This document shows, piece after piece, positions 13,692 to 24,824 of a stretch of 64,000 bases of DNA. A model generated the notes under the pieces. The model saw nothing but the letters and a program-made list of their open reading frames with translations. It was not told the origin of the DNA and made no database searches. The position numbers and the translations under genes are program-made. The stretch's first letter is position 1; every line of letters starts with the position of its first letter. The DNA is from Octopus sinensis (lineage: Eukaryota), in contig NC_043006.1 of the NCBI RefSeq assembly GCF_006345805.1, forward strand, positions 2,976,001 to 3,040,000, given 5' to 3'.

Positions 13692-14068
13692 GTATATATA
13701 TATGTATATATATATGTATATATATGTATATATATATATGTATATATATATGTGTATATATATGTATATATATATATGTATATATATATGTATATATATG
13801 TATATATCTGTATAATATATATGTATATATATGTATATATATATATGTATATATATATATGTATATATATGTTATATTGTATATATATGTATATATATGT
13901 ATATATATGATGTATATATATATAGATGTATATATATATGTATATATATAATAGTATATATATATATGTATTATATATATATATATATATATATTCTATA
14001 TATATATATTATTATATATATATGTATATATATGTATATATATATATGTATATATATATATATGTATT
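12474..14068. repeat. 1.6-kb degenerate (TA)n/ATGT array with an internal 457-bp-offset duplication
   Basis: Direct inspection; rare landmarks recur at 12769/13226 and 12821/13278. Confidence 0.95.
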
Positions 14069-14159
14069 ACGTCTCTACTTGCCTAGAACCTGTCATCATT
14101 TCTCTGAACCACCCCTCCCCACTGGTGCTCCCCTATATTTCTGCACCCCCCCCACAGAA

Positions 14160-14398
14160 AAAAAGCACCATCCGAACGTGGCCGATGCCAGACCCCTCTG
14201 GCACCTGTGCAGGTGGCACGTAAAAAGCACCCACTACACTCGCGGAGTGGTTGGCGTTAGGAAGGGCATCCAGCTGTAGAAACTCTGCCAGACTAGACTG
14301 GAGCCTGGGGCAGTCCCTAGCTCCCCAGACCCCGGTCGAAACCGTCCAACCCGTGCTAGCGCGGAAAACGGACGTTAAACGATGATGATGATGATGAT
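14160..14398 (+). mobile_element. Family C copy (young)
   Basis: Same diagnostic variants as the copy at 12220 (ctggcacctgtgcaggtggc, cactcgcggagtgg, ccgtgctagc); (GAT)n tail. Confidence 0.9.
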
Positions 14399-14404
14399 AT
14401 ATGT

Positions 14405-15548
14405 ATAACTTAGAAAGGTTTTTGGCCAGTATTGGCCCAGGCCATGTCTAACTTAATAGCACCACCTGGCGAAGTCTTTCAGTTCAGGATTTGGGCACCA
14501 AGGCCCATTCGAGCAGAGAGTTATTGTTTGCGGAGACATATCCGGGTGTGGGTGGTTTGTCCGGTACTGTTTGAAGGAATTTGTTCAAAGACTTCTTGAA
14601 TTTTGTGTGGTCAGTTTCTTTTTTGACGTGTCCTGGTGTAATGTTGAAGAGAGCAGGTCCAAATGAGGTGAAATAGTTGTGCGTTGTCGTTATGTGATGC
14701 GATTTAGATTTTTGTTGTGGACGGATGGCACGTGGTCCAAGCCTTGGATGCATTTTGAAGGTGATGCCAACATCATTCGGACAGTGCCAACATCATTCGG
14801 ACAGATAATGTAGCGTTCACAGCGTCGTTGGAGTGAATACAATTTCAGCTTCTCTAGTCTACCCCAGTAGTCAAGGTCTGACATGCCATCTATCTTTTTT
14901 GTGATTGACCTTTGGGGAGCTTCAATTCTCATAATATTTTGTTTTGTGTAGGGAGACCACAGTGGACAGCAGTATTCAAGGTGGGGTCGGGCAAAAGTGG
15001 AGAAGAGAAGGATAATAGCGTGGGAATCTCTCGACTGGAAGGTTCTGAGAATCCAGGAACACATTCTGCGGGCCATGTCAACTTTGCTGCTATATGTGTA
15101 GCCCAGCTTATGTTGTTGTCCACTGTTACTCCCAGGTCTCTGATGTTGTTGGATGCCATGAGAATTCTCCAGAAGGAAGGAGTATGGGAGTTTCAGAGCG
15201 TCCTCCCTTCCAAAGTGGATCAGTTCGAATTTGTCTTCATTTAGCAACATGTTATTCTTTTCCGCCCTGACAACAGCCAGTAGGTCTGACTGAAGGTTTT
15301 TCGGTCATCCACGCCATTGATGACCTTCTGGAGCTTGGAATCATCAGCGAAGGTTCTGATGTTGCTGTGTTTGATGGTGTCAGTAATATCATTATGTAGA
15401 TGATGAAGAGAAGTGGGCCCAACACAGTGCCTTGTGGGACACCACTGCTGACTTTGGCTGGGCTGGATTTGACTCCCCCGACTACAACATGTTGGGTTCT
15501 GTTAGAGAGGAAGCACTTGATCCATTGCAGCAGCTTTCCAGTGACACC
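14405..15548 (-). mobile_element. 5'-truncated CR1-type LINE (RT C-terminal half and 3' end), frameshifted
   Basis: Minus-strand [25 protein letters not shown]...[60 protein letters not shown]. Confidence 0.92.
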
Positions 15549-15549
15549 A

Positions 15550-15601
<52 letters not shown>

Positions 15602-15604
15602 GTA

Positions 15605-15673
<69 letters not shown>

Positions 15674-15749
15674 TGTGTATATATATATATAATGATATAT
15701 ATATGTAATATACATATATATGTATATATATATGTATATATATATAATG

Positions 15750-15780
<31 letters not shown>

Positions 15781-15857
15781 GTATATTATATATATGTATA
15801 TATATATATGTATGATATATATATATGTATATATATATATGTATATATATATATATG

Positions 15858-15896
<39 letters not shown>

Positions 15897-15951
15897 GATA
15901 TATGTATATATATATATGTATATATATATATATAGATATATGTATATATAG

Positions 15952-15982
<31 letters not shown>

Positions 15983-16076
15983 GTATATATATATGGTATA
16001 TATATGTATATGGATATGTATATATATGTATAGTATGTATATTTGTATATGTATTATATATGTATGTATATATATG

Positions 16077-16109
<33 letters not shown>

Positions 16110-16190
16110 GTTATATATATATGTATATATATGTATATATTATATATGTATGATATATATATATATGTGATATATATATGTATATATATG

Positions 16191-16239
<49 letters not shown>

Positions 16240-16248
16240 GTATATATG

Positions 16249-16321
<73 letters not shown>
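15549..16321. repeat. Degenerate (TA)n array
   Basis: Direct inspection. Confidence 0.95.
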
Positions 16322-16322
<1 letters not shown>

Positions 16323-16720
16323 TCAACAACCATTGAGGAACAGCCTCAATAGGCCATTCGACCCACTAGAAAGAGCAGCCAGGACTCAAACCGCCAGGTA
16401 GTAGTAATTCAGAAATTAAAGGAAAATTAAAAAACATTTGCCCTATTCCTCTTTAGACAATGCATTGTTTCGACGTTTTTAATGGCAAACCAGCCTAATT
16501 AAATTAAATTAAACTTAATCAAGTCAATCTACCAAAGGCTACGTCTCATCGGTAAAGAAGCCAGTAGGGACAGATATACACGAGGCATCAATATCTATGC
16601 TCCAGGAATATCTGCCCTAAAATTTTCAAACCCACCGTAATCGCGCCAAACTTATCAGCAGCAAATATTAACTGCTGATTCAATTTCAGAATTAATCAGA
16701 AAAATTATTTAATTAATTAA
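16322..16720 (-). mobile_element. ~400-nt ORF-less element carrying the hammerhead, bounded by TA arrays (Penelope pseudo-LTR or retrozyme-like)
   Basis: Island of complex sequence between (TA)n arrays, with the hammerhead plus extra hairpins at 16332-16350 and 16654-16679. Family assignment is inference. Confidence 0.45.
16441..16569 (-). ncRNA. Putative extended type I hammerhead ribozyme (core variant U4C)
   Basis: Minus strand reads CCCUA-CUGG-CUUCUUUA / CCGAUGA / GACGU..64 nt..ACGUC / GAAA / C-AAUGCAUU-GUC^ / UAAAGAGG-AA-UAGGG. All three stems pair (8+5 bp, 5 bp, 4 bp) around the conserved core and a GUC cleavage triplet. Confidence 0.7.
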
Positions 16721-17938
16721 TTAATTGATTAATATATGTATATATATGTATATATATATTTGTATGTATATGTATTTGTATATATGTATATGTGTGTATA
16801 TATATATATGTATATGTGTGTATATATGTATATATATATATGTGTGTGTATATATATATATGTGTGTGTGTGCATTATAACTGAAAGGCTCCATTATCCA
16901 GTGCTCAGAGTTGCTCTTGTTTGCGGTCATCAGCTGTTAAACTGAGCCAACATTTCTTTTGAAATACTCACTGTTTGAATATGTTTTGAAATATGAAATG
17001 ATAGTTTGAAGAAAAAACTTCTCTTAATGTTATCTGAGTATTGGAAGTTGGAGCCTTTCAGTTTTAATGTACCAAAGAACGGTCCACGTTCGTATTGAAT
17101 CCTGTAATTTATCACTTCCAGTGAATCAGCAGTTTTGTGTCTACACACACACACACATGCATACAAGCATGCACATAAATACATGGGCTGTGTGGGTGTG
17201 TGTGTGTGTGTGCCTATGATGTTTTTATGTGTATAAGATGTTAATGTAGCTTATAGTCATTGCATCAGTGACACCAGCAGAAGAAAGAGGATTGATCATT
17301 CGAAACACTTTCATGTCACTTAACAGTCACTAAATATACGTTTTATACATAATCACTATGCTTTGAGCAGTCTTGTGTCTTTATGCTCCACAAATGTTGT
17401 ATATTTAAAGCAATATTTTTCCACTGCTTCAGTGAAACTTGACAATGCTTCTTGTTTACTGAAGCAAAATGTATATCCACCCCACCCACCCCCACTGCAC
17501 TGGCGCTTATAGTGTATGAGAGCACACACACACACACGCACATTCATGTAGGTATGTATATATATCCAAACCATTTCTTGTGAATTTGAAGCTGCTTTAA
17601 CTGTGAATTTGTATATCTAAGCAGTTCTCTTTGTCTGCATACACATTTTTGTGTGTATACTCAGGCATGCATTTGGTCCAAATCTGGAATGTTACAGTTA
17701 ACATGTACCTATGATGATGGTGTTTAAATAAAGCCGAACCATGTGTGAGATATCTTCTGTAATTGTTAGATACATGATAAAATATTTGCCCATCAGCTGA
17801 TAGTGTTTTTCACACTGCACATTTTGGTCTATTTTAGCATTTTATAAATGCTTCATGCATAAACTGTGCCGATGCCTCTCTACTTCTTTATCATGAACTT
17901 AGTGGTGCAGTGTTATTTAATGTCTTATATACAAGACA

Positions 17939-18130
17939 TTTAACCTCCTCTTTCTATGCTGGCATGGGTTGGATGGTTTGACAAGAGCTGGCAAGCTAGA
18001 AGCTTATGCCAAGCTCTATTTGTCTGTTTCTATGCCTTGATGCTTTTCCTAACCGCAACCACTTTACAGAATGTACTGAGTGCATTTTTGTAGCATCAGC
18101 GTGGGTGAGGTCACCAAGTACTTTGTAAGA
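17939..18130 (-). mobile_element. Degraded family C copy
   Basis: ttttctatgctggcatgggttggatggtttgac...gatgcttttcctaaccgcaaccact resembles other family C tails. Confidence 0.65.
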
Positions 18131-18594
18131 CAGCTCAAAGTTCCCTTGACTGGGAGCAATAGTACTGAGGGAGATGACTTTATACAAGTTGACTACAAGT
18201 TAAAGGAATAACAGACGGATAGAGATATGTGTCTTGCTTCTGAAGAGATACAAGGATATCCCAGTTGGAGAAAGTTTTTTTGTTTTTTATTATCTTGTAG
18301 TCAAGAAGGCTGATAATGCCCATGACTCCTTTGGAGATGAGTACCAGTGTTTCTGGTATGCTCAATAACTGTTAATAAATTCCTCCTACATGAAACCATT
18401 GTTTGCCACAAATGAAGAATATTGATATCCACCAATGTAGTGTTGAGTACTCATTCACATTATTTGATATTTGCTTGCATATATATATATATATACCGGA
18501 GTAAACACATAAATGTGAAACAAGGTAGAAAAAAGAGTACTCAAATACCAGTGGTAGAGTAATATGCTTTATTTAAAGCAGCGGAAAATTCAAT

Positions 18595-18993
18595 TGTGGC
18601 TGTGTGGTAAGTAGCTTGCTAACCAACCACATGGTTCCGGGTTCAGTCCCACTGCGTGGCATCTTGGGCAAGTGTCTTCTGCTATAGCCCCGGGCTGACC
18701 AATGCCTTGTGAGTGGATTTGGTAGACGGAAACTGAAAGAAGCCTGTCGTATATATGTATATATATATATGTGTGTGTTTGTGTGTCTGTGTTTGTCCCC
18801 CTGGCATCGCTTGACAATTGATGCTGGTGTGTTTACGTCCCCATCACTTAGCGGTTCGGCAAAAAAGAGACCGATAGAATAAGTACTGGGCTTACAAAGA
18901 ATAAGTCCCGGGGTCGAGTTGCTCGATTAAAGGCGGTGCTCCAGCATGGCCGCAGTCAAATGACTGAAACAAGTAAAAGAGAAAGAGAAAAAG
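18595..18993 (+). mobile_element. Near full-length tRNA-derived SINE, family B
   Basis: A-box-like gtggctgtgtggtaag, B-box-like gggttcagtcc, CORE-like cttgggcaagtgtcttc, internal TA/TG microsatellite, and tail ggtgctccagcatggcc..tgactgaaacaagtaaaagag; related copies at 10910, 24340 and 37585. Confidence 0.9.
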
Positions 18994-19612
18994 ATATATA
19001 TATATATATATGTGTGTATGTATGTATGTATGTGTGTATGTATGTATGTATGTGTGTGTGTGTGTGTGTGTGGCTATAAGCAATAATCAAAAATCAAAAA
19101 GGAAAAATTCAGTTGTCACTAATTGTGACTGACAGTGCAGAGTAGCGCCTACATTGCTAGAAATAAGAGGTAAAAAAACCTTCTCAGCTGTAAAGAAGCA
19201 CAAGTCCTTGTACTAACAGGGGCGCTAACTGCCCCACAGCCAGTGGGATCATATGTATATATATATATGAGAAATTACGACAAATGCAAGTTTATATCAT
19301 CTTGTTATTGAATGCATTTCACTATTGCGGTTGTTTGGAACTGTGTACATTGGCTGCTCAACCCCAACGGGTCATTAAGGGTCATTAAGGAAACACTTTA
19401 TAAGTGTTCTCTTACAGAAATCTTATGATGCAGAGTTCCAAGCTCCCACAACAGTGAAATGTATTTAAGAACAAATGATATAAACTTCTATTTATTGTAA
19501 TTTATACTATATTTTCTCTGTATATCATAACTGGTACTACTACTGAGTGCAGTAGTAACCAAACCACTATACTGGAAGCAAACTCCGTTATGATAATCTG
19601 TGTGGAGCACTA

Positions 19613-19908
19613 TGTGGAGGCACATGGCCTAGTGGTTAGAGCAGTGGACTCGCGGTCGAGGGATCGTAGGTTCGAATCTCAGACCGGGTGATGTGTGTGT
19701 TTATGAGCGAAACACCTAAGCTCCATGCGGCTCCGGCAGAAGGTAATGGCGAACTTCTGCTGACTCTTTCGCCACAACCTTCTCTCACTCTTTCCTCCTG
19801 CATCTTGCAGCTCACCTGCAACGAACCGGCGTCCCATCCAGGTGGGGAACCTATACGCCAAGGAAACCAGGAAATCGGCCCTTATGAGCCAGGCATGGCT
19901 CGAGAAGG
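19613..19908 (+). mobile_element. Full-length young tRNA-derived SINE, family D, with target-site duplication
   Basis: A box tggcctagtggttagagc and B box ggttcgaatctc; flanked by the direct repeat tgtggagcacta at 19601-19612 and 19909-19920. Confidence 0.92.
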
Positions 19909-21731
19909 TGTGGAGCACTAAATTCAGCAGCAGTATTTCTATGTCTAATTGTATAAACATGTATGTGTATATAAATGTGTGTGTGTGTGTGTAAGTATAG
20001 TGATGATGGGTTTAGATATTAAGTTAAAGTGTTGTTAAATATTACTAAGTTATCCAAGCCTCACTGCAAAAATTGAATTGAAGACCATGTGTTTTTTTTT
20101 TCCTTCCATCGTTAAAATCAGAAATGTTTTTTAATTCTTTTATTCCCGACATGTTGACATGTGACCAGTCACTGATTAATCTGATGGAAGCTGTACACAA
20201 TGTGCTAACATGTCTCCTGCACAGAGAATAAGATTGGAAAAAAGATGCAGTCGTACAAATAGAAAAGAGAACTTCCAGTTGTAAAATCCATTCCTGTATC
20301 TTAAGAAAGAAAAACAAATTGTCAATAAAATGAGAATAGAGAAAACCAGATTGGATTTATGTCAGTTATTTACTAAGAACCCAAACTCCTAAAGGAATCC
20401 ATACTAACATACTAGTTCTCTTATTTGTCATATAACAGACCATAATTATTTTTGAAATGGTGAAACTTGTGTTGATGTTTTATTCAATAGTTGTTGTTTG
20501 TTTCTTTTGTCAGTTTTTGTTTTTGTTTTGTACCTTTTTTTTTTAAGTATGCAGTTAGCAAGTTGGAACTGTACTGACAAATAATTGAAACCACATGAAT
20601 TACAAGAAAAAACCATGATTATGTTTTTTAAAACGCTTGAATTTACTAAAGAATTAGTTTTATGTTGATTGTTGTTGTTTTGTTGTTGATTTTTTTTTTA
20701 CAGTTTTAATATTATCTTTTTTGTTGTTATTTTTTCTTTTTTTCTTCTTTTTCTCTGGACTGTTGGTTGAGGAAATTTAATTAGAAATCTAGAAAGAAAG
20801 AAAAAGATTTTTAAATATGAGAATAACAAAGGGATATAAATGCTGAATCTATTATTTGGCAGAGAGTCCATAATCCTATTTGCTGTATATCTTGTGAAAC
20901 AAGTTCTTATTTCTAAACAACTAAAAACTTGAGGTGTTCAATAATATCCCTTGTCATTTAGTTAATAAAATAATTCCAAATACAACTTTTTAGCCGCTAA
21001 ATAAAGAATTATATGGTGGATTGAAATAAATGAAATAAGGACACTGAATATACTGAAACTTTGCATGCGTGTGTGTGTGTGTGTGCGTGTGTGTGTGTGT
21101 GCGTGTGTTTAAATAGACTCAGAAAACATTTGGAAATACTGCTAAATTTTCAGTTTTTTAGCTTTGATAAAGTATTTCAAATAATGGTTTACTGTGCTGA
21201 GAATCTATTGTTTGTCTCGCTGGTCTATCAGAAAACTTCCATCATCAAGAAGGCTGGTTCAAGTTCTAGATCCCAACATCATTCCAATTCTGTTTAACAT
21301 TTGCTCAATCTCTAATTACAAACTCTCTTCAACCAAGGTTTCCTGCTCCACTGACCATTTCTCTCCTTTCTTTGACTGAGAGTTTAATAAAAGAAAGAAA
21401 AAAAACACATCCAGTCATCTGGTTATTGGTATCCAGTTATCTTATATGACTAATTACAAATAGGACTGAAATACTCTCACATTTTGTAGACTTCTCAGAA
21501 CTTTCTGCAGTCTGTCATAAGCTGGTTAAGACTAAAATTTAAGCCAGAAAACTAGTACTTTGTGAACTACTATTTCTAATAGCTGGTTTTCATTCTTTAA
21601 CAAAAATATCAACTCTTTGCTATGAATGTCCATGGCACAGTTTATTCCTTTGAGATATTTTTGAAGCAAACTAAAGAGAATGTTCTACCATTGTGTAATC
21701 AAAGTGATACAACCATCTTTGCATTGCTATG

Positions 21732-21767
<36 letters not shown>

Positions 21768-22389
21768 ATGCTGGAGCTCTATGTTTTAGCTTAACTTTTA
21801 ATGACAATTGGTGATTTGTTTTGTTTTGTTTTTCTTATTGTATTATTTCACTCTGATCGAATTCCTTAGGGTCTTACTGTTAGATAAATTTATGTACACA
21901 TGACTCCTTACGAAATTCATGTTGTTTATATATGCAGACAGATTTTGTTGTACACAAGAACACAAACAAATTATGTGTACAGTTGTTGTTTTGAAAGAGT
22001 GTTGTGATATCAAAATAAATACCCTCTCACCTTTTAAATCCTTTCTCTTAACCATTTTTATTTTAATTTATTTATTTTATTATTTTTTTTAGTTATTAAG
22101 TTGCATTTAAATTTTGCGAAAAATATTTTAAAAATTATTCTCAAATTAAGGTTTACAAAGGATTGATAACAATGCTATTAGTACAAAGGGTAGTTTAATT
22201 ATAATAATAATAATAATAATAATGCTAATGATAACATCAACAACAATAATGATTATCGTAATTTGACTAGATCCTAATAAATTGTTTTCAAACTGTTGTC
22301 CTTCGTAGTAGGTTTCCTATGTCCTCTCACTGTGAAACCAGCTGCTACAGCCCTAACCACTTAGTTACTGTAATCAATTATTTTAGCAG

Positions 22390-22632
22390 GCCGCCCCTCC
22401 AGACAAAGAAGTGTGACTGCTGTGAAACCTTCCTGTTCCACCACTACCACCACTACCACCACCACCACCACATCATCATCAAGCTCCTCACCAGCCTCCA
22501 GCTACTGGACCCCCTCAGGTAGACGTATTGCCTTGGATGTGGCCAGGGATGATGCCACCCTTGTGGCAGCACATGGCTTTCTAGATGCTGGCCGTCCTAA
22601 CAACAACTCAGTTGATTTCTCAAATGATGAAG
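22390..22632 (+). CDS. Paxbeta: Probable upstream coding exon of the Pax gene (phase 1-1, 243 nt; RPSRQRSVTAVKPSCS-T11-S6-PASSYWTPSGRRIALDVARDDATLVAAHGFLDAGRPNNNSVDFSNDE)
   Basis: Acceptor ttttagcag|G (tandem TAG/CAG) with an in-frame stop just upstream at 22371. Open frame to donor GAA G|gtacat at 22633. The phase-1 end joins the phase-1 start of the paired-box exon (E-G-G-R-N-I-N-Q). No in-frame ATG, so a further upstream exon is required. Confidence 0.65.
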
Positions 22633-24339
22633 GTACATGAAAATCCCCTGGGGAATCCATTTTTTATGTTTTTTTTATTTTGTTTTTTTTTTATTCATTT
22701 TGTTTAGCCTCTTAGTTATTGAAACCTTATGATATTTTTTTAAATTGTTGTTGACTTTATTTTTTATTTCTCTTCTTTTCTTCCCCACTGTAACATTATA
22801 TAACTTTATTGATCTCTATCATTTTAATTGTCTAATTAGATTATCATTAATTAATAATATAAAGCTGAAACATTTCACTAATCAATTTGTGTGCAAACTT
22901 ATGGATGTAATTAAAAGATATTCAATCACAAAATAATTTACTAACTATTAATCTGAAATTTTAGAAAAATCTAGTGAATTATTTGTTTTTGTTTTTAAAA
23001 AATTAGAATTAGTTTTTTTTAGTTTCATAGATAGAAAATAGTTGAAATAAATTTTACTTTCTTCATACTTTTTCCAGATTCTCTTAATTTCCCAGAATAT
23101 TGACTGATTAAATAACAACCTTAACTTACAAACATTTGAAATATCATTTCATATCTTTAAATTCTAAATTCTCTTGCACTGCTGAATCCAGTAAATTTAT
23201 ATTCCATTATTCAAAAAATATTTGGCAGTCTTTAAAAAGAAAGCAAAAAAAAATTACAGTAAGTAGATATAAGAAAATACCCGCTTCTTGTGGTGGACTG
23301 GGAGGGAAAACAAGGAACAAAGCATGAACCTCTCTCATGCCTTGGCTCTTCTATACTCATCAAATTTTGTTTTACTAAAAGTTTATGCTAGAGGCTGATG
23401 TTCAACTTTTGTTAGCTTTTGGTGAAATTTCCGTAAATTTATTTGTAATATTGATTCCTGAACTGAATCAGTTTATAATTTAAATAAAGAAGTTGTTTAG
23501 GTGACATCTAAATGATTATATGTATTTATTTGAACTTTTATCAAGCAAGACAGTATGTTTTAAGACTGACATATATGGTTAACCTAAAATAGTGGCAGGG
23601 AAATTTTTCTACAATATTTGAAGATTTTTAATTAGTAAGAGAAAAAAAAATTTTAAATTAAAAAAAAAACTATGTCTTAGGATTTAAAAATTGGAAATAC
23701 TTTTACGCGTAAATTTTTTTTAACAATTTACAAAATTTTTTGAATGTATATAAATGAAGATTGAATTTTTCAATGACGAAAGCAAAATGTTATAATGAAT
23801 ATTTATTTTGGGGTGATGAGGCTATGTTTAATAAAGTATCTGATTAAAAACTGAGTTATTTGGTTTCAAATTGATTTGTGTATTGACATGATCAAAGTGG
23901 AATAATTTCTGCGGAATCAAGAATCAGAATCTTATGTAGAATGGAATTGTTGCACAGCCCTATGATAATAGATGTGAATGTTGAAGCTGTTTGTTGTCTT
24001 TGTAACAGTGGAGATATTGTGTACGATAACTGAGTAACGAAAACAGTTTTGATATATAATGAAAAGGTATGATGTAGTCCCCAGTTGATCTTGGAGAAGA
24101 GTAAGTCCAAGTAATGTCTTATTCAGACTGATAATGATCCATGCCAGCATGGAAAAGCAGACATATAATTGTGATTATGCTAACTCTGCAGATCTTGTAC
24201 ACATCATAGGTGGATAAGTACATACTCTGTGTGTGTGTGTGTGTGTCTAATAACGCTTACTTTTATGTCGTGTTTGAATTGTCTGATTAAGGTTCACAGC
24301 CCGAAGCTTCGAAATCAACAAGAAGTTTGTTTTCCAATC

Positions 24340-24661
24340 TCATGGTGATCCTGGATCACGGTACCATTGCTTGGCAAGTTGCACTGGTGTCTTCTTCCAT
24401 TGCCCCAAACTGACCAAAGTCTTGTGAGTAGGCGGACATTGAATGAAAGAAGCCTGTTGTATGTGTGTGTGTGTGTTTGTTCCCCAGCGTCACTTGACAG
24501 CAGGTGTTGGTGTGCTTACATCCCTATAACTTAGTGGTTTGGTGGAAAAGACCAATAGAATAAGTACCAGGTTTTAAAATAATAACTACTGGGGCTGATT
24601 TGTTCCACTGAAATCTTGCAAAGCAGTGCCCCAGCATGGCTGCCATCCAGTGACTGAAACA
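24340..24661 (+). mobile_element. Degraded family B SINE
   Basis: Aligns to the 18595 copy (aaagtcttgtgagt, gaaagaagcctg, atagaataagtacc, gtgccccagcatggc, tgactgaaaca). Confidence 0.75.
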
Positions 24662-24765
24662 TGATGAAAGATATCGAGTTAAGAGAATGTATGAAACAGA
24701 AGTTGTCGTCTGTGTGGTTGAGTGCTGGCAGATCCATTTCTGTGACTTGGTACAGCATTGTACTA

Positions 24766-24822
<57 letters not shown>
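24766..24822. repeat. (ATG)n microsatellite, about 19 units
   Basis: Direct inspection; source of the poly-M, poly-D and poly-S pseudo-ORFs. Confidence 0.95.

Positions 24823-24824
<2 letters not shown>

Noticed and set aside
11014-16352. Many long ORFs (up to 283 aa) rich in Y/I/M/C/V/H/T, also at 45676-46285, 50435-50917 and 53099-53867
   Set aside because: They are translations of (TA)/(TG)/(TATG)n arrays, which lack stop codons in several frames; not genes.
17274-17315. cagcagaaga...gattgatcattcgaaacac resembling a hammerhead core
   Set aside because: Core is CAGAAGA (U4 lost), stem II is poor, and there is no stem III, cleavage triplet or stem I.
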